Below, piece by piece: positions 35,659-48,007 of a stretch of DNA of 64,000 nt (its first letter is position 1; every line of letters starts with the position of its first letter). The DNA is taken from contig MU619320.1 of the NCBI GenBank assembly GCA_025201805.1, positions 48,018 through 112,017 of the forward strand, given 5' to 3'. Below the pieces are notes generated by a model, which saw only the letters and a program-made list of their open reading frames with translations, was not told the DNA's origin and did no database searches. The position numbers were made by a program, and so were the translations under genes. The DNA comes from Parasitella parasitica NRRL 2501 (Eukaryota; Fungi; Mucoromycota).

Positions 35659-36838
35659 ATGCCATCTGCAAACGTGCCCACTGTCGAAGGAATTAACATC
35701 TATCCCATAAAATCATGCCATTACACCAGCGTTCAAGAATGCCAAGTAGACTCACTGGGTATTCAACAGGACCGTCGCTTTATGATTGTTTACCAAGAAA
35801 ACAACCGATTCGTCACTCAAAGGTAGTTTTTATTAATCCAAAACGTATATACCCTTTAATTTTAATTTTAATTCACAATTTATACCAATTCTTAGAAAAT
35901 TTGCTTCATTAGCTATTCTTCGCCCCACAGTTAATGTAAGCGAGAATACATTAACACTGTCTGCGGATGGTCAGGAATCACTTGTCTTGCCTCTCAAGCC
36001 AGATTTGAGCAAATTGACTCAACGCACTGTCAAATTGTGGAAGGATACACTGGAGGTGTATGACATGGGTGATGAGGCAGGTGCGTGGATCACCCAATTT
36101 TTAGCTAATCATCGCAAACACGATCGTCAGAATAACCATAGCGTCGATGACCCCATTGGAGAAAATGATCCTGTAGATCCCGTACGTTTGGTGACATTAG
36201 ATGACCCCAAGAAGGGCGTTTACAGTCGTCCTGCTCATCCCAAATTAGACGGCATTCATACAGCTTTCTCAGACTGGTCTCCTATTTCGTTTGGATTTTT
36301 GAGTAGCTTAGATCATGTTAATAAAGGGTTGATGGAAACAGGTATTAGTAAAGGTCATCAAATCCCCATGAGTCGATTCCGAAACAATATCACCATTGGA
36401 GGTACAATTCCTTGGGAAGAGGATCAATGGCTGGTTGCAAAGTAAGCCAATGAGCTCATTGCTATGATTTCTACAAAACTAAGCATAGCGTAGAGTTGGC
36501 GAAGTAACTGTTTATATCATCCAACCTATTGCACGCTGCACAGGTATTTAAGATTGCATTGCATAGGCGAAAACAAAAAAAGAGAAAAGAGAAAATTAAG
36601 CCTGCCTCAAGTTCCTAGTATTGATCAAGACACTGGAGTAAAAGATGACTGGGATGGCAAAGGCCCTACTGATTACCTTAAATTGAGACGTCAATTTTCT
36701 GATGAGCCCTCTCAAGGACAATTCTGTTGCGATGTAGTACCATTGACTTCAGGTAAAATTTGTGTAGGTGACAAAATTCAAATATTGGAACGCATTCCGG
36801 AGGAGTTTAAGCAAGGTCCGTTGCCACCTCTTGCTTGA
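35659..36838 (+). CDS. MOSC-domain protein (mARC/YcbX-like)
   Basis: INIYPIKSC, DRRFMIV..RFVTQR, FSDWSPI, RFRNNITIGG.PWEEDQW, ARC..PSIDQDTG and GKICVGD. Confidence 0.9.
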
Positions 36839-37724
36839 ATTGAACCGCTTTATTTGTTACAATAATTACAGGAATTGGATCGCTGTGGTCTCCTCCGTTG
36901 AAGCATCTTCTTGGTAACCGCTTTATTCGACCTTTTGTTTTATTTTTTGAATAAAGAAGGTCATTCAATTGAAATTAAACAAGAGTGAAAGATGTCCTTA
37001 GCAAGATAAATCAGGTAGTGATATTTACCATTACTCCCTTTCATCGTTCTTATTGTAAGGTTCGGGCTGCTTGAGATTCAAAAGAAAGTCAAACATATAT
37101 ATTTGACGAATTTAAGAGAGGGCAAGTTTATCAAACATTTCAGCGTGGTTGGATTGCAGAAGTTGGAGCAGTGTATCTAACACTCCATCAGGCATAGCAT
37201 TTGTTGAGCCACTAGACTTTCTTGTTTCAGAAATGTTTCATCAGAAGCTTCTTTTACTAAAGTACTTGTGCAAATGTCAAAATACGTCTTAAGCACTAAG
37301 AGATCTGTGAGTTGTATTATTGGTTTGTGTGGAGAAATAACATTGTTTGCAATGAAGGAAATTAAAGTTTTCGTTAATGTAAACAACTATAAACATAAAT
37401 AGATAAAAAATTAACATACCACTTCTGCCATCATGAATGGCTTATCGGGCTCACTGAATTCTTCTTTAGAGTCTAAAACCTAGCTGTGTTTCGCTTTGTA
37501 TTGCAAAAAGCGACACTCTCCCTAAAAAAAAAGGGGGGGGGGAGGGTTAGCGAGTGTTAGAATGTAAAATTAATTGCTATTAGATACTACGGCATTATCG
37601 CTGTTGCCTTCTTCAAATAATGCATCTAGTCTTTCATGCTTACGTTCTCTATAGTTTACAGTTCGATAGCTGTAAGAAGTCTTGTAGTAAGCCTTACTTC
37701 CATATTAGCTTCTTCATTTTTCCA

Positions 37725-38060
37725 GTGGGTTTTTATGTATTCATGTATAAATGCGGCAGCAAATTTCATATCATCAAGTCAAGTCTTGGGGAGAATTGCT
37801 GCTAATACGTCGACTTGTTTGCATCCTTCTGAGGGTTGGCTATTTGAGAGGAATAGCGGTGGTGTTGGCAACGTATCCAGATTGTTAGGATCTTGTTGCA
37901 AATTTTTATGTAAGCAGATCTCTGTATATAAAGCTCCTGCACTTGTCAATCATCAGAACGATACAAACACGTTGACGTATTAGCAGCAATTCTCCCCAAG
38001 ACTCGACTTGATGATATGAAATTTGCTGCCGCATTCAAAGAAGAATACATGAAGACCCAC
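37725..38060. repeat. Local inverted repeat: 108-bp arms, 120-bp spacer
   Basis: 37725-37832 is the reverse complement of 37953-38060, with a ~62-bp core carrying one mismatch (AATGCGGCAGCAAATTTCATATCATCAAGTC[A/G]AGTCTTGGGGAGAATTGCTGCTAATACGTC). Confidence 0.9.
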
Positions 38061-39367
38061 AAACGAATGAACTGGAATGCATGGTATCAAGATGGGTTGA
38101 GCAAAGATTACTTCACCACTTTTAAGAACTCCCAAAATTAAAAAACACATTCAAAGACTTTCATGGATTGTCAAAAACCAAGTGATTAAGTATTCTATTC
38201 TGTATATACATATAAATTGACAAAAAATACTCCCCAAAAAAAATGTTTAATGAAATAAACTTATATTTTTCTATTTACTGTATTGTCAACTTTAATGAAG
38301 CTGCCATTGACCATTATATCCTAATAGTATTTGTACAAACGAGCTTCTGAGGCTCGCTATGCTCGCTTTGCTTCGCTTATAACATCGTTGTTCTCTGTGG
38401 ATAAGTGTAGCTCTTCAACTGTTTCCGAATAAAAGAATTGAAAAGAGCAAAGAAAATAAGGCAAAATGCCCAAATATGAAAGCAAGCGATGTGAACGAAA
38501 TTGAGAGAAACTTATAGTCTATAAAGGGAACGACTTATCAAAAATATACTCAATCTGCATCAAAGTTTTTTACTCGCGACTATGTGTCTGACAAACGCAA
38601 GCTCTAAACTTCCCAGCCCATGGTGGTTATTACAAAACTCGATATTCAACATACAAACCAACTTTTAGTACTTCAACTACAATAATAGTATTTGCAGCAT
38701 AATAAGCAATACGTTTTGGATGAATATTTCCCTAAATTTGAGACAGTAAAATTAAGTCCTAACTTCCCACGAAATCTCATTATTAAAGCCCTGAAGTTAG
38801 AAATCATGTATAAACCTCCACATTTTCGATTTATTCTATCAAAAAACAATACATATCAACCACTATTTTGCTTGTTAATAATGTATCATCTATGTCATTC
38901 GCTTTTAATGGTTGAAAAAGACGCCTTGTTGCTATTAATGATGAAGAAGAACAAATGTCAGATCAGTCGTGAGTCTTGCGGAAAAATCAGCACTTGAACA
39001 GCCAATTTACTTTCATGATGCATGCACTCAACAACAATCATAACCAAGAAGTTGGGCATAACTCTCACCACAATTCCCTGTTAAATGTACTGTCGTTTCA
39101 GTTACATCAGCAAAATCGACGACTAAAGACAAAACAACAACGAGACATAATCCAAACATTGAAAACAAGCCAGCGATTCCTGAAATCGCAGCTACAGCTT
39201 GCTTTGGCAAGTTAGGGATACGGTAGATTAATTAATTGAGAATTTGGACCAACAAAGGTAAAAACTGGTTGCAAACACGATATCCCATCCAAAACTAGAA
39301 GGTTTTCTTTTCTTAGCTTTATTGTACGCTTGCCGCCAAACATGAAGTTCAAAAAAAGACAGTTAGA

Positions 39368-41292
39368 ATGTTATGTTGCAGGCTCAACTATCATCAATCC
39401 TTCAGCTTCGTTTCTAAAGCCATCCAGTGGGCTTTGAAGCAAATTCCAGACATCCAAGGAGAAAACGGAGTACTGGAATGCCCTGCAGTTGCAATTTCGA
39501 ATCTGTCTTCTACGCTCAATTGTACATTGCAGAAAGAAAAATGGAGGCTACAATGAGCTGTATATTTCTTTAATGAAAAGTACTAGAATACCTAAAGGCG
39601 TAGTGCAAGAAGCAGAAGTAAAAATCAAGAGTCCAGGAAAAATCACAACGGTGTTAAGCACCGTGTATACACAGAATAAAAAGGCTGGAAGCCCAAAGAA
39701 GAATTATGAGTACTGGACAGAATTTGTGGAGAAGAACTTCCAGTCTCTTTTGGATTTACCAGAAAAGGATGATGGTAGCAATGATGATAAAGACAGTGAA
39801 GATAGCGAAGATGAAGACAACGATGGAGCAAGTATCTAATTATACCTCTGACTTCGGCAAGCAGGTTCTCAAAGTCGCTCTGTTGTTTGTTGAGTATACA
39901 TTTGAATCAAATGGCGGCAACACTGAACTTGTCTACGATGGTGGAAGCAGCATTGCGTCAATACTGCCAGAAGAGTATTTAGAGGAAGACATCACTGTAC
40001 CTTTAGATTCCAGCTCTCTCCATAATGACGAGTTCAATGCTCACTATCAATCGCTGTTTCTAGAACCCCACTTGGAACAAGTGCACTCTACATACTATGG
40101 TCAAGTGGGTATTGAAGAGTCTACCCTTAAAAAGTCGCCTCTCCAAAAGGCAATTGTAAACGTTTTGGGCCGTGCTAAAGCCAACCCACATCAAAATCTG
40201 TCCTTGTACGTTATGAAGATGGCTCGCCAACAGTATTACACAAATCTTCGTATTATGTGATCCGAAAATACTATTGTCAACAAGCTACTTAGAAAGCTTT
40301 TGAACTCCTTGCTGTTGATCCATTTATTTCCCGATCAAGACCATGCTATCAAGGCGAAGAAAACTGAAAGAGAATCGGCCAAGCTCCGAAAAAACCATAA
40401 AGGCAAACAGAGAGTGACACATTGCAGTATCCCAATGACAGAAATTTCAGTGCTGAACAAGACAAGAAAGGGAAGACGAAGACTGTTTTCTGATGAAAAG
40501 AAGCTAAAAGCCAAGTATGAAGAGAAAGGGAACAATACCAATGTATCTAGAAAAAGAATCAGTCAGTTAGTCAACATTGCAAGATCAGCATTGTTTGCCA
40601 CGCAAGATATCACAGACGCATACCTCCAAGGTCAGGATGAACACATCACCACACAAGAATCTGCAACAATCATCAAAATTACTAGCTTCATTCGGCCATA
40701 CATACCATCAAGCGAGACTTATCATCTCCTTCCACGCCAACTCAAGTTCATCTTGATGGCAAACCAAGTACTGCGCTCTATCGGCTATGAAGGCTCAAAA
40801 GAAGGAGCTCGATAAGTCACTCAGGGATCGCACAAACGAATTGTATCAGTTTCTTCAAGACAACGACAGAAAGCTTGGAAAACCAACTTTGAAGAACAAA
40901 AACAATGTTATGAGAAAGTCGAAGATGCCCAAGAAAGGGACAAAACTTCTGATCTTACCAAGACTTGGAAGGCTAAAGTTGAAGAAAAAGACGAGCGCTA
41001 TCGGAATGTGGAAGCAGTAAAATTAAGAAAGAGAGGATTAATGGTGGTTATTCGAGATACAAAGGAGAGGCTTCAGTCACTGCGGCGAGAGATTTATGAA
41101 TATGGAAAACCTTTGGTGGATGATTTGAAAAATCTAATACCATTTAAGCCTTTCACTGTGGGTAGCAAAGGATGCTGTAGAAAGGTAGAGGAATGCAAGT
41201 TGGATGAAGACATGGATCTGACAACAGCCGTGTTCAGTGGCACGGATAATGGCATTATAAAGACTACCATCACACCTGAAGCTGTACAATAG
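39368..41292 (+). pseudogene. Large Mucorales Fanzor-like gene, fragmented and truncated just after the putative RuvC-I
   Basis: Joined frames give LFLEPHLEQVHSTYYG..QQYYTNLRIM*SENTIVNKLLRKLLNSLLLIHLFP..IITSFIRPYIPS..FILMANQVLRSIGY.., a coiled/basic stretch and a terminal AVFSGTDNGIIKTT (RuvC-I-like). The family call rests on recall; RuvC-II and III are absent. Confidence 0.5.
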
Positions 41293-41429
41293 GTTTCAGA
41301 TCTTGTGTATGTAACTCAATGCCTTTGAACTCATATGTATATAGTTAAAGAAACAGATTCTATATGTGTTTGTCTACTATAGAGTGACATTACGATTTAT
41401 ACATTGTTTATAAAAAGTAACCAATATCA

Positions 41430-41810
41430 TCTGTTTCTTCTTTCGGAATTTAGCTTGCTGGCATACTTTGGCTGCAAGGCAGATTTTAAAGCATTGCCAA
41501 TAAGCTAGATTGCGATACAGATAGACCTAACTAATATGATAAAAAAAAGGTGCTTCTTGGTTTTCGAAAAATACTATTTTCATGTTTCTAACACATCTAC
41601 ATATTGCACGCTCCTAAATTAAAAGTACTCCTCTCAAAACTAGAAAAACAAGTTGTCGGTCGGCTCATGGCGACTTGAAAAGTACAAAAACCACAGCCAA
41701 ATTAAATAAAACTGGTACCAAAAGATACTTTAGACTCTATTGCATTGTTCTATTGCAGTTTTGCTCTACTCGAACTGCTATTAGCGCTGCCTTTTCGTTG
41801 TTTTCTTTCC
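41430..41810 (+). repeat. Dispersed non-coding repeat, copy B
   Basis: Colinear homology with 11110-11520 (anchors listed under copy A). Confidence 0.6.
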
Positions 41811-42513
41811 TACAGCCTAGCAAAAAAGCCGTTTTTTAATATCTTGTCACTATAATCTTGGTATAAAAGGGCTTGGATTGATAATCTATCCGAGTATGTG
41901 CCAGCAGATACCATAAAGGAATTCGTGACAATCACCTGAATGCGTCCCGGAGCCTTTATTTGATGCTTCTTTAAAAAAAAACTATAGCCATCACCTTAAT
42001 TATGACGATGCTAGCAGAATAAGCTGCTGTATGAGTATTCGCCCAACTTCCCTGATTGTATAAAAAGTGCAATTTAGCTTTTATGTTTGGAAAATGTTAT
42101 ATGCATGTTAACAGTGAACCTACGCGTCACTAAACATTAACTCAAGTTGCTCGCGAAAGATCAAAGAAACTAAACGAGCATGGACCAAACATCCATTTGA
42201 AAAAGTTACAAGGGGGGTCATCTCGGAGTATACCGAGATTCCATGCCTACTCTTGCAAAAAAGAAAATAATGCACGCATCGAGGCATATTAAATTTTTGG
42301 ATCTGATAAGAAATGCATGCCACCAAGAAGGTTTCAAAAATGGGCGAGTATTTGCATCACCATTCAACAGATCTGTGGCCAAGTCACCCGTTTGATCAGA
42401 TAAAAAAATTATTTGTTTACAACTAAAGTTATCAGATTTTATTTTTTGTCTGTCCTTTTTTTTTTTTTTCTCTCCTTTCTTCTAGGCCCTGAATTTCGAA
42501 TACGAAAAAGCCT

Positions 42514-45500
42514 ATGGATATTTCACAAAAACTAGCAGATTGGTTAGCCTCTGAAAAATCAGAAGTAGAGCCATCTCTTTTGGCTTATGTGTTGTTATGT
42601 AAGAAATTTGCAGGCCATTGTCTGAAGCGGGTGTCAGGATGTTTATTGCTTTTTCTATAGATTCTACCAAGAATCTGACAGGGCTTGTGGATGTACTAAA
42701 GTATCTTGTATCATCTTGGAATCAGGGTGATGCTGCTTGTCGGACCAAATGTAAATATACGAATATTCAAAGATGGTTTTGTATTGACATGGGATAAAAT
42801 CTGTTTAGGCATCGAATTACTAGCCCAAGTAATCGTACCTAGTCAATCAGCACTTGACTCGTCAACGAGTAGGTAATATAAATCTACTGATAGCAACTGA
42901 ATTGACATTTTTATCTGGAAAATGTAGATAATGCGATCATTCAATTCATCAGCGACCGTCTAGATGACCCGGTTCTTGTGCCCAGATGTGTCGATATCCT
43001 TGCAATTTTAATTCAGTCGGAAAGCATATCAAGTACCGATGTAATTCAATTATGTAGTGTGTAAGTAGGATTGACTTGATGGACGTTTGTAGCGGAAAAC
43101 CTGACACACAACGTAGAATATTTACACATATCAAAGTCAAGAAATTGCCTCAGCAAAGCCGATACAAAGTCTTGATTATCTTGGCCAAAACGCTAGAAAA
43201 ATACGCATCAGGTACGCTGCTTTTAGTTGTTGAAACAAGGGTAGCACCGTGCTAAGAAAAAAACAAAACAAATAGAAACACAAAGTTCAAAAATCAACTT
43301 CATCGGTGGATTCATCAATTGCATGGATGGAGAAAAGGACCCTCGAAATTTAATGGTTGCCTTTGAGCTTGTGCGAGCTATTATTGACAGATTTGACATC
43401 TCTCGCCATATTGAAGATCTGTTCGATGTTGTGTTTTGCTATTTCCCCATTAGTTTTGCAGCACCTGCCAATGATCCATTTAGCATCACGACACAAGATC
43501 TCAAAGAGAGTCTTAGACGCTGCTTAGCATCAACGCCGTATTTTGCCTACTATGCGACACCTTTGTTGATTGAGAAACTACTTTCTACTACTGGCAGCGC
43601 CAAGAAAGATGCTATGGAAACAATCAGCCTTTGTGCTCCCGCTTATGGTGCTCACGCCATTTTGCCACATGCTCAGGATTTATTCAATGCCCTAGTTAGA
43701 GAGGTTTACCAAGAAGCCGATGCGTCTATGGTCCAGGTTGCGCTAAATACAATCCATAATGTTGTTGCTACTTTGGGCACAGGAATCAGCATTGCAAACA
43801 TTCGAGATCCAGTTGAAAAAGCCATTGATTCGCTGCTACAGAAATGCGTGGAAGAGTTAAAGGAGCCAGAGTTGAAGAATGCCAGATCAGCAGCCTATAT
43901 TCTACGAGCAGCCGCGTCTGCATCTGATCCAGCATGCACATCTGTTACACACGCAGCACTTCCTATTATCTGTCAACAGCATAAGACAACGGATCCTGCC
44001 GTCAGAAGAAAAGCTGTGCTCGATATTCTAACCGAACTACTAGTAGCTAGCAAAACACTGTATGGATCTGTAGAGGATATTGGCTATGACCGTGATTTCC
44101 AAACACCCTTGTTAATGTTCAAACAACAAATATTTCAATTACTCATGCTCCCGCTAGTTGAACCCAACACAGCCGATGCCATCCTCAAGTACGCTAGTCT
44201 CAAGGGTATCCACGAAATGGTGCTGATGAAACAGTTCTTAAAGGGCGAAGAAATGAACATGACAGTGGATCAGCTTACACGACAATTGGTGCGGCCAGAC
44301 GCGCAACTACGATCGCTTTGTTTATCTACACTTGGCGTTATATCCAAGTTATACCCAATGACAATAGGTCAGCGCACCTTTCCCGTTCTCCTCGAACTGC
44401 TACCAAGCCTTGATGACCCTGTTATTTCAGATACTTATAATGATGTTTTGGATGCAATCCAAGTCTTGGGCGCTCACCCTGCTGTATTCAAGATTATCGT
44501 GCAGCCTTTGGTAGATAAAGTAGATTTTGCTTCTAGACATATTGGCCAAGAAAATATCAGTTTTGTCCACGCTATAGCATCAACGTTGCTCAAGGTATAC
44601 AAAGCTGCATCCAAAGACTGCGAAATCGTGACTATCGGACGAAATACCTTGCTACCCACTCTGTTGATAGAGTGCATCAAGTCTGTCTCTGGAAATAGTG
44701 AAAGTTGGTATTTGGATGATACACTGATAGAGATATTTGCCATGATGGCAGCCATTACAACAAGACTATCCAGCTGCAGGTATATATCGAGTTGTGAGTA
44801 TTTTGCAGTGAAAACTGAAAATTAATATTGCATGTTGTATAGCGAACAACAAGCATCTGTCAATGATATGTTTAAACTATTCGTACACGGCGACTTTTCT
44901 CAGTTGGATCAAAGCGTACAGATTGAATCGTTGCCTATATTTGGTGATATTACAGTAAATTGTTGGGAGGGAGGGAGGGGTTATTTGAGAGATTTAACCG
45001 AATTTTCTCTTTAGCATGCAGCGTCAGCTAATGATATCACTTTGCTATTCACTGCAATCATTAGTAATTGTTGCAAAGATGTAAGTTTCCATGACTAATG
45101 CACATTGTCGCTAAACTGACCCCGCCCCCTTTATTTTTGGTTTGACAGGTTCAGTTGCCAATTGCTAATTTATCCGGGTTCACTGCGAAATTGATACAAA
45201 CAGCGATACAAACACCATCCGATGCGAGGAGAGAGGCCTTGTCCAAAATCGCAGCCTCAATTATAAATAAATGGCTGAACGGTAAAACCAAACTGGAGAT
45301 TATTTCGGCAGAGATCATTAGCTAAAGGAGCCATTACATTAGATGAATTACTAGGCCATGTCAAGAGCCTGGTTACAGAACACCTGCTGCCAACATCCGA
45401 GTCCGCAACAACTCACAAGAGATCTGCCTTTCCCATTTTAGTGTGGATCATTAAAGCGCTTATCATTCGTGGCCATCGATATGGTTTTGAACTGCTGGAC

Positions 45501-46315
45501 AGTGTTATTGAGCAATGTGGCTCATCTGAATCAGGTAAAGACGCTGTTGATAGCTTTATTGCCTTGTTGCACGAAGACGAATTGATTTTAAACAAAAAAT
45601 CGCACTCTATCGTATCTGTAAGTTTCTTTTTTGTTTTTGTTTCGTGAGGCTGAGTATCTGCCAGCACTATACATATATTAACAATTTGCAGATCTTGTTT
45701 AAACAAAGAGTCTTTACCCACTGCTTCAGGAAACTGATGAATGGTGCCGAGTTGGCTGATATTCGTCAACCAGATTTGCAGGTGAATTATCTGCTGGCAT
45801 TGATCCACGTATTGCAAAACATTCCAAGACAAGTCGCAACAAACGAAATACGCAGAGTAAGTAATTTTTCTCCACACAATTTGAGTGGCATCAGCTCACA
45901 CAACACAACAGCTCATGCTGCCGATCATTGTTGCCCTGTCGTCACACGACAGCACGCTTATTAAGGCTACCTTGTCTGTAGCACAGAACATAGTGCCAGA
46001 CGCCCAAGATCTGGTTGCACAGCACCTTGGATCCTTCATTCATGCACTGCTAAGACTGACGCGATTCCAGTCCTCTAATGTCAGAATAAGTGCTTTAGAG
46101 TGTCTAGCGAGCATTGCGGTCAAAGGGAAGCCAGATGTACTGTCACCGTTCACACCTTCTGTGGTCAAGGAACTATCAACAGCATTAGACGATAAAAAGC
46201 GTCTAGTTAGAAGAAATGCGGTTGACTGTAGAGAGAAATGGTATGTAACACGACACTAGCCAAAGTCTGCCACGGTTCGCTAACTCGATGACATAGGTAT
46301 GCCATTGGAAAATAA
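42514..46315 (+). CDS. MMS19: MMS19/Met18 cytosolic Fe-S assembly targeting factor (HEAT repeats)
   Basis: MDGEKDPRNLMVAF, LFDVVFCYFPISF..P.NDPF.IT..LK..L..CL.STP.FA, and C-terminal VRISALECL..ALDDKKRLVRRNAVDCREKW. Many short introns. Confidence 0.93.
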
Positions 46316-46963
46316 CATGTAGTCATTGTGCCCATGTGTATAAAATGCGGCTTTCAGCTGAACTGAATAAATTGTATCTTTGCTAGATTTAGATACATGA
46401 TACACATAACAACCTTGCTGTTTGTAGTAAAATGAAAGAACATTTTGCCATTTTTGTACACAATGTTTTTTTTTTATTTTTTAGTCGCCCTTTGCCAATT
46501 GTATCGATCACCGCAAACCTCGGCTTCAGCCATGTGAGGACGCTTGTCTACCACAAAATGCCAATAAAATTGCGAACAATGAAACCACTTTATTAGCACA
46601 AGCTGAATAAATGAAACAATAACCTTTCATTAAAACAGTACAAACAAGTATGTGCATTCGGCGTGTTTGCTGTTTTCATGTCTCCCCTGCGCCCCCACAT
46701 AAATCATAGGTACATACAAAAACTCTGCAAATATACACCACTGTATACATGGTCTCCTATTCAATTCAAACCGAAACTTGATTTAACCGATTTCCTTTCT
46801 GCCCAAGCCAATCAAGGGCCAAACAAAGAGCAATGATAATATTGGATCAAAGCAAGACATTTGTATATAAACCCTCATTTTTTTTATGTTGCATGTAAAT
46901 CATTGTTCTCTTTCTTTCTCTTCTTTTTTCTCTCCCTCTCTCTGTTTTCTTCCTACAAGCAAA

Positions 46964-47834
46964 ATGAAGCCAGCCGTAACTATTCTATTAATTGCTTGCT
47001 GGTTATGCGTTATTCTTGTCAATGGCCTGCCAGTGCAACAGCAAGCTTATTCCTCGTCAAACACCGATACTATCGAGATCCAAGCGTATTCAGTGTATTC
47101 TAGTATTCTCGAGTACTATGAAAATCTTGTAGATGCAACCCTCAGTACCGAGAGCGAGGAACTATTACTTAATTTAATTCATCTACCAAAAGACTCAAGA
47201 AACCGTATATTAGCCTCCCAAGCGGAATCAATGGGATTTAGAACTATTTCAGGTATATATTTGGACATTTTTTTTTTAAAAAAAAAAAAAAAAAAAAAAG
47301 GGCCCACTTTTATGGAATTTTAGATAAATCTAACACCTCCTCTCTTTGGTAAAAATAGACAAGCAGTTGAACAACATGCCATCACTGATTGGAAAGCACA
47401 TCCAAGCAATGAACGCCAATGTTTATGCATCCATTGAATCTATTGTGAAATCGCATTGGCCCATTTTATGGGAGAGCAAACTGCTGCATACCAGCAATCA
47501 GGAAGAGATTCTCTCATTTTTGTCCTCTTTGAATAGCATCGTTGCCAGGAAATTGAAGGATCAAGTAGATAGCTATCATCTTTTGGACAAGATAAAGCAA
47601 GATATGGTGCCATTATACCGAGAGACATCATGGTATAGCTGGTTTGGTAGTACCAAGACAATAGTTCTCTCTTTGGGAGACAATGTGAATGAGCAAGATC
47701 TAGACTTCTTGAGACAACATGTTGCAGACATCGGCGCAAATTTACTGATGGAGCTTCACACGCAGTTCATGGATTTCTTTACACGAATCCGATCTGATAT
47801 TGTCGAGCAGTCTGTCATTTATAACGAAGGTTAA
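46964..47834 (+). CDS. Secreted helical hypothetical protein
   Basis: Signal peptide MKPAVTILLIACWLCVILVNG followed by two exons. No recognisable domain. Confidence 0.7.
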
Positions 47835-48007
47835 TCCACTATTTATACATACATCTTTTTCTTTTCTGTACACTATTATAACAACCTAATAAAACAATTG
47901 TAAATAGCTTCCCGTATATAGTAGAAATTTCATGCTCGCTCTGCTGAGTATATAAATTGTCATCATCATTGTTGTTGTTTTTTCCTTCTTCCTATTTTCC
48001 ATTCGAC

